From assembly GCA_024644015.1 (NCBI GenBank), contig JAHELV010000005.1, forward strand, positions 13,297 to 77,296: a stretch of 64,000 bases of DNA. The letters run 5' to 3'. The position numbers and the translations under genes were made by a program. The DNA is from Nitriliruptorales bacterium (GTDB lineage Bacteria > Actinomycetota > Nitriliruptoria > Euzebyales > JAHELV01). The notes under the pieces were generated by a model, which saw only the letters and a program-made list of their open reading frames with translations, searched no databases and was not told where the DNA came from. Below are positions 54,640 to 63,519 of the stretch, one piece after another. Numbering within the stretch: the stretch's first letter is position 1; each line of letters begins with the position of its first letter.

Positions 54640-54666
54640 CCCCCGATCGGGGGAGGGGCTAGCCCC
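54640..54666 (+). terminator. two adjacent perfect GC palindromes after the small ORF (hairpin terminator candidates, no U-tract)
   Basis: CCCCCGATCGGGGG (54640-54653) and GGGGCTAGCCCC (54655-54666). The G-run of the first could alternatively pair with the C-run of the second. Confidence 0.4.
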
Positions 54667-54826
54667 CTGACCGAGCGAAACCGCGGTGGGCTGCACCCGT
54701 GAAAGCCGTTTCGGGCGACAGCTCGTGCGTACAGTGTGCTCCGTGTCCGAGCCATCCCGCTTGAGCAGGACCGTCGATGGGTCGCCATCGCCGCGCTCCC
54801 AGCACTCCAGAACCCGGTGCGATGTG

Positions 54827-55855
54827 ATGCGTGCAGCGCTGATCGCGGTGCCGCTGCCACTGCTGCTCGTCGGGATCGCCGCGCAGCCTCTGCGCGCGCC
54901 GGCGATGGTGTGGGTCCTGGCCGTGGTGGCCGTCGTCGTGGCGGCGTTGTCTGCGGCCGTCGCCGCCCGCTGGTGTGCCGAGCGGCGGATGCGCAGCGAC
55001 GTCATGCAGCACGAGCGTGAACTGGCGTACACCAAGCGACAGATCCTCGCGCTCGTGTCCCACGAGCTGCGTACCCCGGTCACCGGAGTCGTCGGGTTCT
55101 CGCGGACCTTGTCAGGCCGCCTGGACCATCTGGATCACGACACGTTGCGTCTGTTCGTCGACGCGATCGACGAGCACTCGAACCGGCTCGCGCGGCTGAT
55201 CGACAACGTCGTCGTCGCGTCGCGCACCCCACTCGTCGTCGTCGGCGGGACCTGCCAGCTGTCGCGGGCGCTGTCTGAGGCGGTTGCCCGCGCCGGTGTG
55301 GGCAACGACGGAGGTTCACGGCTGCAGATCAGCTTGGAAGGATCACTCGACGCGCAGATCGACGAGGAGGCGGCCATCAGGATCCTCGCCAACCTGATCG
55401 ACAACGCGATGAAGTTTGGCGAGCCTGAGGCCCGCGTCCACCTCGACGGCCATGTGCGCGACGGCCGTGTCGTGTTGCGGGTCGCCAACGCCGGGCCCGC
55501 CATCCCGCTCGGCCTCCGGTCGGCGTTGTACGCGCCGTTCGTGCAGGGCGACATCACCGACACCCGTACCGCGGACGGCCTGGGACTCGGGCTGCACGTC
55601 TGCCGGCAGCTCGTCGAGGCCTACGGTGGCAGCATCGGCCTGGTCGACCACCCGCGCCTGACCGTGTTCGAGATCGCCCTGCCGGCGGCCCGTCGCCCGC
55701 CTGCCCGCCACCGCCGTCGGGATGATGCCGCCGCGGCCCCGCCCGGACACGTTGTCTCCCGCGCCGAAGGACCACGCGTCGCCGAAGCGGTCGAGTCCGC
55801 CCCGGTGGCGGCCCGTGACGACGTCGTCGAACGGGCGCGTGTCGGTTCGCGCTAG
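54827..55855 (+). CDS. orphan sensor histidine kinase (two TM helices, HisKA, HATPase_c)
   Basis: From ATG 54827: two TM helices, H-box LALVSHELRTPVTGVVGF, N-box LANLIDNAMKF, and G-box ADGLGLGLHV. No response regulator is adjacent. Confidence 0.85.
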   Translation: MRAALIAVPLPLLLVGIAAQPLRAPAMVWVLAVVAVVVAALSAAVAARWCAERRMRSDVMQHERELAYTKRQILALVSHELRTPVTGVVGFSRTLSGRLDHLDHDTLRLFVDAIDEHSNRLARLIDNVVVASRTPLVVVGGTCQLSRALSEAVARAGVGNDGGSRLQISLEGSLDAQIDEEAAIRILANLIDNAMKFGEPEARVHLDGHVRDGRVVLRVANAGPAIPLGLRSALYAPFVQGDITDTRTADGLGLGLHVCRQLVEAYGGSIGLVDHPRLTVFEIALPAARRPPARHRRRDDAAAAPPGHVVSRAEGPRVAEAVESAPVAARDDVVERARVGSR

Positions 55856-56625
55856 GTGAGGAACTGCAGGATCGCCGCGGCGAGGACGTCAGGGTGCTCC
55901 AGCGTCATCCAGTGCGCCGCGGACGGGACGACCTGAACGCGCGACACGGGGATCTGTCGGTGCAGCTGTTCGGTCATGCGCAACGGCGTCGAGCGATCGT
56001 GATCGCCGACGAGCAACAGCGTCGGCTGCCCGATCTGCTCGCGCTCGATCGCCGGCGCCCGCGACAGCGCGCGACACGCCTTCGCGTAGCTCCGGGGATC
56101 GTTGGACAGGAACATGTGGCGCAGCAGACCGCTGACCTGCGGCAGCCGGGCGTGGGTCCGCGGCGACAGCGCGCCGGCCAGCCAATCGTCGGCGATCTCG
56201 TCGAGACCCTGCTCGTCGACGATCTTGGCGCGTTGCTCATAGGCCTGCTTGTCGGGCGGCTCGAAGTAGCTGATGCCGCCAATCAGCACGAGTTGGTCGA
56301 CCAGCTCGGGGGTGGCGAGCGCCATCTGCTGGGCGATCAGCGAGCCCATGGAATGGCCGACGACGGTGGCGGCCGGCAGCTCGAGCGCTGCCATCAGGCC
56401 GGCGACGTCCTGGCCCCACGACTTGATGCTGAACTGCGCCCGGCCGGGCGCGGTACGCCCGTGGCCCCTGAGGTCGAGCGCAACCACGTGATGGTGCAGT
56501 GACAAGACTTGCGCAACGCCGTACCACATGTCGAGGGCACCGCCGAGACCGTGGATCAGCACGACCGGAGGCCCCTCGCCGATGCTGACGTAGTGATGGT
56601 TGACGCCGTTGACTTGGATGAACAT
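55852..56625 (-). CDS. alpha/beta hydrolase (3-oxoadipate enol-lactonase-like)
   Basis: VVLIHGLGG, nucleophile elbow VGHSMGS, and a C-terminal His in SAAHW. Confidence 0.85.
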   Translation of the reverse strand: MFIQVNGVNHHYVSIGEGPPVVLIHGLGGALDMWYGVAQVLSLHHHVVALDLRGHGRTAPGRAQFSIKSWGQDVAGLMAALELPAATVVGHSMGSLIAQQMALATPELVDQLVLIGGISYFEPPDKQAYEQRAKIVDEQGLDEIADDWLAGALSPRTHARLPQVSGLLRHMFLSNDPRSYAKACRALSRAPAIEREQIGQPTLLLVGDHDRSTPLRMTEQLHRQIPVSRVQVVPSAAHWMTLEHPDVLAAAILQFLT

Positions 56626-56824
56626 GTGCGCTCCGTGCGGTCGCGGCCGCCGGACGGCCGCGTCGCGATGGGAAGTGGTCAGTGCGCGACAGGCTAGCCC
56701 ACGTCGCTATCCGTTCGCTGCAGTCACGCCGCGAACGGCGTCGCACGCGCAGCCGCGACGGGCGCACTGCCGCGTGCGCGTAGGCTCGGCAGCTGTCAGA
56801 TGTGTGTCCACGGCCGCCGGTGTC

Positions 56825-57250
56825 TCAGTCAAGCTCATGATCGCGTGCAAGCTCCTGCAGGAACACCGCGCACCGCTGTGCCTCGTCCTCTTCGCCGATG
56901 GCGTCGGCGGCCCTGCCGAGGAGCCACACGCTCCGGAGGAAGCCGCGGTTGGGTTCATGCGACCAGGGCACCGGTCCCTGGCCCCGCCAGCCGGCACGGC
57001 GTATGGCGTCCAGACCCCGGTGGTACCCCACCCGTGCGCAGGCGTACGCCCCGACAGCGTCACCGCCCTCGAGGGCAGCCTGGCCCATGCGCGCCCAGGC
57101 GTCGAGGTAGGCCGGATGGGCGCGCACGACGTCGCGCAGCGCCTCGAGTCGTCCGTCGCGCAACGCGTCGTCCAGCGCCGAGCGTTCGGCGGCTCCCTCT
57201 GCGGGCAGATGGGTCGGCACGACCCCCTGCAGTGGTAGGTCAGACGTCAT
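56825..57250 (-). CDS. DUF3151 domain protein
   Basis: 141 aa from ATG 57250. HPAYLDAWARMGQAALEGGDAVGAYACARVGYHRGLDAIRRAGWRGQGPVPWSHEPNRGFLRS is the conserved actinobacterial DUF3151 pattern. The track ORF extends to 57652. Confidence 0.75.
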   Translation of the reverse strand: MTSDLPLQGVVPTHLPAEGAAERSALDDALRDGRLEALRDVVRAHPAYLDAWARMGQAALEGGDAVGAYACARVGYHRGLDAIRRAGWRGQGPVPWSHEPNRGFLRSVWLLGRAADAIGEEDEAQRCAVFLQELARDHELD

Positions 57251-57794
57251 GACTACTGCGCTCCTGTGGTCGGTGATGCCACGCGTCCGCGCGGTCTGCT
57301 CGGTGCTCGCTCTCGCGGTTCTCGCAGCGGCGTGCTGGTCGACGCCGGCGGGCACCGTGCAACCGCGCCAGGGTCGAGCCGGCCTCCAGCTCGCCGGTAC
57401 AGCCGGCGGCCGGCAGCTGGCCGTGAGCGACGGCGCTCCGAGGCTGGTCGTCGGCGACTGCGATCCGGATCCCGTGGGTGACGCCGACGTGTGTGTGATC
57501 GCCGACGACATCGACGGCCAGCTGGTCGTTGTCGTGTTCGAGAACCCCGACGTCCTGCGAGCGCCCGCGACGGTGCCGATCGTCGATCCGGGGTGCGGCG
57601 GCGCCTGTGACCGTGTGAGCGACGGGGCGGTGGTCGACCTGCAGCTGGGCACCGGCCCACGCGTCCGCGCGCGCGGTGGCAGCGTCGTGCTCGAGACCGT
57701 GCAGCCATTCGCGCACTACGCAGGAGAGCTCCGGCTCGAGCTCCCGTCGGGAGCGGCCTCCGGGACGTTCGATGTGGTGCCGCGCAGCGACTGA
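57249..57794 (+). CDS. putative secreted lipoprotein
   Basis: MTTALLWSVMPRVRAVCSVLALAVLAAACWS has a lipobox LAAAC. The mature part is Asp/Val/Gly-rich with 4 Cys. An alternative start is ATG 57276. Confidence 0.55.
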   Translation: MTTALLWSVMPRVRAVCSVLALAVLAAACWSTPAGTVQPRQGRAGLQLAGTAGGRQLAVSDGAPRLVVGDCDPDPVGDADVCVIADDIDGQLVVVVFENPDVLRAPATVPIVDPGCGGACDRVSDGAVVDLQLGTGPRVRARGGSVVLETVQPFAHYAGELRLELPSGAASGTFDVVPRSD

Positions 57795-58123
57795 GTCGCG
57801 ATCGGTAGGCTGCTGACCGTCTGCAGCAGCAGTGGATCCGGCGAGTCGTTGCGCACGCCGTGAGCCGTGCCGGCCGGGATGAGTACCGCCTGCAGCGGCT
57901 CGAGCGTCACCTCGCTGTCGTCGGTCGCAACCCACGCGCGACCACCGATCACGACGTAGACGGTGTCGGAGTCGGCGTGAGTGCGCGCTGCGAGCTGCTG
58001 GCCGGGTTCGAGGCACAGCATGTCGATGGCGACGAGATCCGTTTCGATCACTCGCGACCGTACGGCGCGGTCGGAGTCGAACGCGACGTAGTCACGCAGG
58101 TCGACGGCGACAGGTTCCGGCAT
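57716..58123 (-). CDS. cupin domain protein
   Basis: From ATG 58123: the cupin motifs are G..LAARTHADSDTVYVVIGG and IPAGTAHGVRN. The low-complexity C-terminal tail overlaps the convergent lipoprotein gene. Confidence 0.65.
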   Translation of the reverse strand: MPEPVAVDLRDYVAFDSDRAVRSRVIETDLVAIDMLCLEPGQQLAARTHADSDTVYVVIGGRAWVATDDSEVTLEPLQAVLIPAGTAHGVRNDSPDPLLLQTVSSLPIATQSLRGTTSNVPEAAPDGSSSRSSPA

Positions 58124-58215
58124 TGGCCGATTCTTCCATGCCCGGGACGCTCTACACTCGCCGGCACCGCGAAGGCGGCGGGGACCTTCGGTTGGGAGAG
58201 CGAAACGATGGTGCA

Positions 58216-59718
58216 ATGTTGATCGAGGCGGAGCTGTCCACCGCCGAGCAGTCGACCGCTGACGTGATCGCGTATCTGGTGGCAGCCGATGGCGACCGGC
58301 CAGTCATCGGTCGCGATCTCGCGCGAGCGGCCGAGCGCGCGCAGGTGGACATGGCGGCAGCGCTCGACGCGTTGCACGTCGGCGGCAAGGCCGGTGACGT
58401 CGGACGGGTTCCGGTGGTCATGGGGGACCGGACCGTGCTGATGCTGGCAGTGGGCGTCGGTGACAGCGGGGACGTCGATGCCGACGCGATCCGTCAGGCG
58501 GCGGCGATGGCCGCACGTCAGGCGCACAAGGACTCGACGTTGGCGTTGGTGGTGCCTGGTGACCTGGACCCGGGCCCTGACGTCGAGACGACTGCGCGCG
58601 CGATGAGCGAGGGCGCCGGCCTGGGCGCCTACACGTACACGACCTACCAGACCAAGCGTGACGATGTGCCACGCCTCGAGCGGATCGTTCTGCTGCCCGA
58701 CGACGGTGTCGACTTCGACGCCGTGTCGCGCGGCACCGCACGGGGGCGCAGCGTCGCCGCGGCGACCAACACCGCCCGGGACCTGGTCAACACACCGCCG
58801 GCGTTCAAGCGCCCTCCCGCGCTGGCCGACCGCGTCGTCGAGCTGGTCGAGTCCACTGGCATCACGGCCAAGGTGCGCGCCGGTGACGACCTCGCCACCG
58901 GTGGTTTCGGCGGGCTGATCGGTGTCGGACGGGGCTCCGCGGTGGAACCACGGCTTGTCGAGCTGTCGTACGCAGGCGGCGGCGACACCGGCGACCATGT
59001 CGTGCTCGTCGGCAAGGGCATCACGTTCGACAGCGGCGGGTTGTCGCTGAAGCCCACGTCGTCGATGGCGACCATGAAGAGCGACATGAGCGGCGCCGCG
59101 TCCGTCGTGGGCGCGTTGCTGGCCGCGGCCGAGCTCGGCCTGCGGCCGCGGGTCACGGGCCTGCTCGCCCTGGCCGAGAACATGCCAGGTGGCGATGCGA
59201 CGCGCGTGTCCGACGTGTTGACGCAGCGCAACGGCACGACCGTCGAGGTCATGAACACCGACGCCGAGGGGCGGCTGGTACTCGCGGACGCGCTGGCGTA
59301 CGGCCGGGAGCTCGATCCGACCGCCATGATCGACATCGCCACGCTGACGGGTGCGCAGATCACGGCACTGGGTGTTCGCATCGCGGCGATCCTCGGCACC
59401 GACGATGCGCTCGTGGGTGCCCTCGAGCAGGCGGCCACGCAGGCCGGAGAGCGCCTGTGGCGGCTGCCCCTGCCCGAGGACTACCGGGAGCAACTCCGCA
59501 GCGACGTGGCCGACCTGCGCAACATCGGCAAGGGGGGCCAGGCCGGGACGATCATCGCCGCACTGTTCCTTCGCGAGTTCGTCGGCGACGCGGCGTGGGC
59601 GCACGTGGACATCGCGGGCCCGGCATTCACCGACACGACAGACGGCACCCTCGGGCCGAAGGGTGCGACCGGGTTCGGCGTGCGGACCCTCGTGGCCTAC
59701 CTCGAGGCACTAGGGTGA
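58216..59718 (+). CDS. pepA: leucyl aminopeptidase (M17)
   Basis: VGKGITFDSGGLSLKP, MKSDMSGAA and NTDAEGRLVLADAL. The start is placed at ATG 58216. The track ORF starts at TTG 58123. Confidence 0.92.
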   Translation: MLIEAELSTAEQSTADVIAYLVAADGDRPVIGRDLARAAERAQVDMAAALDALHVGGKAGDVGRVPVVMGDRTVLMLAVGVGDSGDVDADAIRQAAAMAARQAHKDSTLALVVPGDLDPGPDVETTARAMSEGAGLGAYTYTTYQTKRDDVPRLERIVLLPDDGVDFDAVSRGTARGRSVAAATNTARDLVNTPPAFKRPPALADRVVELVESTGITAKVRAGDDLATGGFGGLIGVGRGSAVEPRLVELSYAGGGDTGDHVVLVGKGITFDSGGLSLKPTSSMATMKSDMSGAASVVGALLAAAELGLRPRVTGLLALAENMPGGDATRVSDVLTQRNGTTVEVMNTDAEGRLVLADALAYGRELDPTAMIDIATLTGAQITALGVRIAAILGTDDALVGALEQAATQAGERLWRLPLPEDYREQLRSDVADLRNIGKGGQAGTIIAALFLREFVGDAAWAHVDIAGPAFTDTTDGTLGPKGATGFGVRTLVAYLEALG

Positions 59719-59755
59719 AGGGTCGAGTCGGTCGTCGGCGTGCCGCACGAGCGAC

Positions 59756-60151
59756 CTACTGGAACTTCGCCCGTTCGACGATCGTACGCCGGTGGCGAAT
59801 GTGTGCGACCTCCTTCTCACCCGAGGTGACCGTGACCGAGAACTCGAGTCGCCGGCCGTGCACGCCGAGCAGCACGGCGTCGGCCCGCACGTGGTCACCC
59901 ACCCGCGACGCCGCCATGTGCTCGATCTCGACCCACGAGCCGACGCTGGTCAGCTCGGGACCGAGGCTGTCGCCGAGGGCTCTGCGCGACGCCTGCTCGG
60001 CGATCGCGAGCACCCGCGGGGTGCCCAGCACCGGCACGTCCCCGGAGCCCATCGCCATCGCGGTGTCATCCACACCCACGCGGAGTTCGACGCTGGCGCG
60101 ACGTCCAGGAACGCACGCTGCGGGCGGCTCGGCGACCACGATGTTCTCCAT
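59756..60151 (-). CDS. hotdog-fold thioesterase family protein
   Basis: 131 aa. AMGSGDVPVLGTPRVLAIAEQAS...SVGSWVEIEHMAASRVGD resembles FlK / 4HBT-like thioesterases. Confidence 0.75.
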   Translation of the reverse strand: MENIVVAEPPAACVPGRRASVELRVGVDDTAMAMGSGDVPVLGTPRVLAIAEQASRRALGDSLGPELTSVGSWVEIEHMAASRVGDHVRADAVLLGVHGRRLEFSVTVTSGEKEVAHIRHRRTIVERAKFQ

Positions 60152-60250
60152 CGATCGAGGGTGGGCGAGGCGATCGTGCGGTGATCTATACCCCGATCTT
60201 CGGGGCTGCGATCCCGGTCACCCGGACGCGTCGGCCGGGAGGCCGACATC

Positions 60251-61024
60251 GTGAGCGGACCGCTGGCGGTCATGGCGGTGTTGCTGGCCGAGACGGCTGT
60301 CGGCGGGACGGTCGTCACCTTGACCAGCGGCGTCCACGGCGTCGTGCGGCGCGGCTTCCTGCTGCTGTCCGGGCTCATCCTGACCGCGTGCGCGTGGGCT
60401 GCCTGGGCGTTGGCCAGGGCGGCGGTCGGTGGCGCGCCGACGCCGGCGCAGGGGCGGATGGTGCTGCTGCTGGGTGCGTTCGCCGGGCTCCTGGCGGTCT
60501 GGCAGATCCTCGTGCTGGCGCGGGCGGCCATCGAACACGTCGTCGGGCTCGGCGCCGCGGCCGTCGGTGTCGTCGCGCTGGTCACCGTCGCGCTTGCGCG
60601 CGACGGACGCGTGGTGCTGGCCGTGCTCGAGCTGGCGGCGGGCGCGTTCTTCCTCGGCACGGCCCTGTTCGGGCTGTTGCTCGGACACTGGTACCTGGTG
60701 GAGCGCCGGCTGTCGAACCGCTACATGGTGCGCAGCGCAGCGCTGTACGCGGCGGGCGTGGGAGCAGCGGTCCTTGGCGCGGTCTTGTCGGCGCAGAACC
60801 CGACGCCCGCAGCGACGGGCTTCTCGCCCTTCCTCGCCGTGCCCGGGTTCTCCGTGCTGCTCGTCGTCGGCCTGGTGGCGATCTGCGCGCTGATCGCGGG
60901 CTTCGTGTGGAAGCTGGCACAGGAGGGCGGTCGATCGATCCAGGCGGCGACCGGCATGTTCTACCTCGCGGTGATCATGGCCTTCAGCGCCGAACTGTCG
61001 AGCAAGATCGGGTTCTTCGGCTGA
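60251..61024 (+). CDS. hypothetical polytopic integral membrane protein
   Basis: 257 aa with a GTG start and about 7 hydrophobic helices. No motif is recognised beyond LLGHWYLVERRLS. Confidence 0.6.
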   Translation: MSGPLAVMAVLLAETAVGGTVVTLTSGVHGVVRRGFLLLSGLILTACAWAAWALARAAVGGAPTPAQGRMVLLLGAFAGLLAVWQILVLARAAIEHVVGLGAAAVGVVALVTVALARDGRVVLAVLELAAGAFFLGTALFGLLLGHWYLVERRLSNRYMVRSAALYAAGVGAAVLGAVLSAQNPTPAATGFSPFLAVPGFSVLLVVGLVAICALIAGFVWKLAQEGGRSIQAATGMFYLAVIMAFSAELSSKIGFFG

Positions 61025-61042
61025 GCGCTCCGCGGGTGGCCG

Positions 61043-61699
61043 CTACCGCGTGTCGCGCTGGCCGTCCGGCGCCGTGACGGTGGCGATCAGCAGGCCGTCG
61101 CCGACAGGCACGATCTGCGCGCACAGCGTGGGATCGTCCCGCACCGTCGCGGCACAGGTCCGCACGGCCGCCGTCTCGTCGTCGGTGGCGCTCGCATCGG
61201 CGACCTTGCCGCCGGCCAGGATCCCGTCGGCGATCAGCACGCCGCCGGGCCGCAGCAGACGCCGCGCATGGGACAGGTAGGCGGGGTACTCGGTTCGGGG
61301 GCCATCGATGAACACCAGGTCGTAGGCGTCGTCGGCGAGGCGAGGCAGCACCGTCAACGCGGCGCCGAGGATATTGCGCACGCGCTGGCCGTGGCCCGCC
61401 TGACCGAGCAGGCGCTGCGCGTGCGCCTGACGGTCGGGATCGACCTCGATCGTGGTCAGCATCCCGCGCGGATGCATGCCGGCGAGCAGCCAGAGCGCGC
61501 TGTAGCCCAGGCCGCCGCCGATCTCGACGACGTCGTGTGCCGGACGCAGGCCCGCACACCAGCGCAGCCATGTGCCCGCCACATGGCTGACCGGGCCCAC
61601 ACCCTGCTCGCTGCTGAGGGTTCTGGCGGCCGTGAGCACCTCGTCCTCCGGCTCAACGAATGAATCGATGTACCTGCTCGTCGCATCGGCGCTGTCCAC
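61043..61699 (-). CDS. class I SAM-dependent O-methyltransferase (caffeoyl-CoA OMT-like)
   Basis: From GTG 61699, with GAGGAGG upstream. The SAM motif is VVEIGGGLGYSALWL. TIEVD, DLVFIDG and GGVLIADGIL follow. Confidence 0.85.
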   Translation of the reverse strand: MDSADATSRYIDSFVEPEDEVLTAARTLSSEQGVGPVSHVAGTWLRWCAGLRPAHDVVEIGGGLGYSALWLLAGMHPRGMLTTIEVDPDRQAHAQRLLGQAGHGQRVRNILGAALTVLPRLADDAYDLVFIDGPRTEYPAYLSHARRLLRPGGVLIADGILAGGKVADASATDDETAAVRTCAATVRDDPTLCAQIVPVGDGLLIATVTAPDGQRDTR

Positions 61700-61930
61700 G
61701 TGGCCTCCTCGCGTCGAACCCGCCGGTCCAGCGGCAGCGTAACCGCCGATCGTCCGCCAGCGGGGAAGCGCTGACGGCCACCGGCGCCTTGACGCCCGCC
61801 GGCCGGCCAGCGATTGCGATCGGACCCGTTGTGGCACGTTCGGCGGTGGCGTAGGAGCATGGGTGGGGTACAGACCTCGCGCCGGAGGCTCCCTGGGGTT
61901 GGGAGCCGACGGGGAAGCGGGCAATCAGGG

Positions 61931-63139
61931 ATGAGTCAGCACGGTGACGGCAGCTTCGAGCCCGGTCGCCGCGAACCGCCCACGTCACCGTCACCGTCAC
62001 CGCCGGCCTATCCTCGGCTGCCCACGGTCCGACGGCGCCAGCGGGGCCGGCGTCTGGTCTCGACGATCGTGCTCGCCGGCTTGGCGGGAGGTGCGGCCGC
62101 CATCGCGGCGTACGTCGCCTTGGCACCGCCGGCGCCCCAGGCACCCGCACCCACGTCGGTGTCCGCACCGATCTCGAGCCGCGGGCCACAGGACGAGATC
62201 GCCGGCGGCACGGTCGCCCGCGTCGCCGAAGCTGTGCTGCCGTCCGTGGTGCGGATCAATCGTGCGACCAACGACCGCTTCGACGGCAGCGGCAACGGCT
62301 CCGGCGTCGTGTACCGCGCCGACGGGATGATCATCACCAACAACCACGTGGTCAAGGACCCCGGCGGCATCGAAGTGGTGTTCGCCGACGGGCGCGCGAT
62401 GCCGGCCGAGATCGTCGGGCAGGACTCCGTCAACGATCTCGCAGTGATCCGTGTCGACCGGGACGACCTGACTCCGATCGCGATCGACGGCTCCAGGGCG
62501 CCGCGGGTGGGCGATCTCGCCATCGCGGTCGGCAGCCCGTTCGGTCTCGATGCCACGGTCACTGTGGGCGTCGTCAGCGCGCTGGGTCGCGGCATCCATG
62601 CGGGCGCCGAGACCGGCGGCGGGACGGTCTATCTGCCCGAGGTCCTGCAGACCGACGCGCCGATCAATCCCGGGAACTCCGGCGGTGCGCTGGTCAACGG
62701 CGACGGGCGCCTGATCGGGATCAACAGCGCAATCCTGACGTCGGGTCAGGCGGCCAACGCCGGCGTGGGGTTCGCAATCCCCGTGGACACGGTGGTTGAC
62801 GTCGCCGACGAGTTGATCGCCGCGGGCAGGGTCCGGCATCCGCTGCTCGGCGTCAGCGGTGGCCCGGTGACCGAGCAGGTGGCCGAACGCCTCGGGGTGG
62901 CTTCGGGTGCGTGGATCCACGATGTGACGCCCGCCACGCCTGCCGCCGGCGCCGGTCTGGCCCCCGACGATGTGATCGTGCGCCTCGACGCCGATCGGAT
63001 ATCGTCAATGGAGGAGCTCAGCATCGCGATCCGCGATCGCGACGTCGGTGACCGGGTGACGATCACCTACGTTCGTGGCGGAAAGCGACGTACCGCCGAG
63101 GTCGTGCTCGCGGAGCGTTCGACCGAGGATTCGCAGTAG
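61931..63139 (+). CDS. htrA: HtrA/DegP family serine protease with PDZ domain
   Basis: N-terminal TM. The catalytic His is in ITNNHVV, the Asp in NDLAVIRV, and the Ser in GNSGGALV. A C-terminal PDZ domain is present. The start is placed at ATG 61931. Confidence 0.88.
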   Translation: MSQHGDGSFEPGRREPPTSPSPSPPAYPRLPTVRRRQRGRRLVSTIVLAGLAGGAAAIAAYVALAPPAPQAPAPTSVSAPISSRGPQDEIAGGTVARVAEAVLPSVVRINRATNDRFDGSGNGSGVVYRADGMIITNNHVVKDPGGIEVVFADGRAMPAEIVGQDSVNDLAVIRVDRDDLTPIAIDGSRAPRVGDLAIAVGSPFGLDATVTVGVVSALGRGIHAGAETGGGTVYLPEVLQTDAPINPGNSGGALVNGDGRLIGINSAILTSGQAANAGVGFAIPVDTVVDVADELIAAGRVRHPLLGVSGGPVTEQVAERLGVASGAWIHDVTPATPAAGAGLAPDDVIVRLDADRISSMEELSIAIRDRDVGDRVTITYVRGGKRRTAEVVLAERSTEDSQ

Positions 63140-63188
63140 CATCGGCCGTCGCACTGCACTGACGGCGAGGGCGACGAGGAGCGCGCAG

Positions 63189-63506
63189 GTGGACGTGGGG
63201 TTCGGCGAGATGCTGATGCTGGCGGTCCTGGCCCTGCTGATCTTCGGACCCGAGCGCCTGCCCGGCATCGCCCGCTCCGCAGGCCGCGTGATCGGCCAGA
63301 TCCGCCGCGAAGCGACCAGCACGTTCGACGCCCTGCGCTCGGAGGTCGAGCTCGACGAGCTCAAGTCGTTCAACAGCGACCTGCGTCGCGAAGGCGACGA
63401 GCTGCGCTCGCGGTCCCGGGTCGATCGCCGCTCGGTCGAGTGGCGCTCGAATCGGGAAGGATCTGAGTCCGTCGCACCGCCACCGTTCGACCCGCACGCA
63501 ACGTGA
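63189..63506 (+). CDS. tatB: twin-arginine translocase subunit TatB
   Basis: GFGEMLMLAVLALLIFGPERLP (the TatB-type GP..LP hinge) is followed by an amphipathic helix. GAGGAG lies 7 nt upstream of GTG 63189. An alternative start is GTG 63195. Confidence 0.8.
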   Translation: MDVGFGEMLMLAVLALLIFGPERLPGIARSAGRVIGQIRREATSTFDALRSEVELDELKSFNSDLRREGDELRSRSRVDRRSVEWRSNREGSESVAPPPFDPHAT

Positions 63507-63519
63507 CCGTACGCCGCTG

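Noticed and set aside
58048-59604. 518-aa minus-strand ORF antisense to pepA
   Set aside because: It is a shadow ORF. The M17 aminopeptidase motifs are on the plus strand.
61716-61742. ECF (SigE-type) promoter GAAC-N18-CGTAA upstream of htrA
   Set aside because: The match is only partial (no GG before AAC, and the spacer is one nt longer than the usual 16-17). It lies about 190 nt from the start codon. That is too weak to annotate without TSS data.
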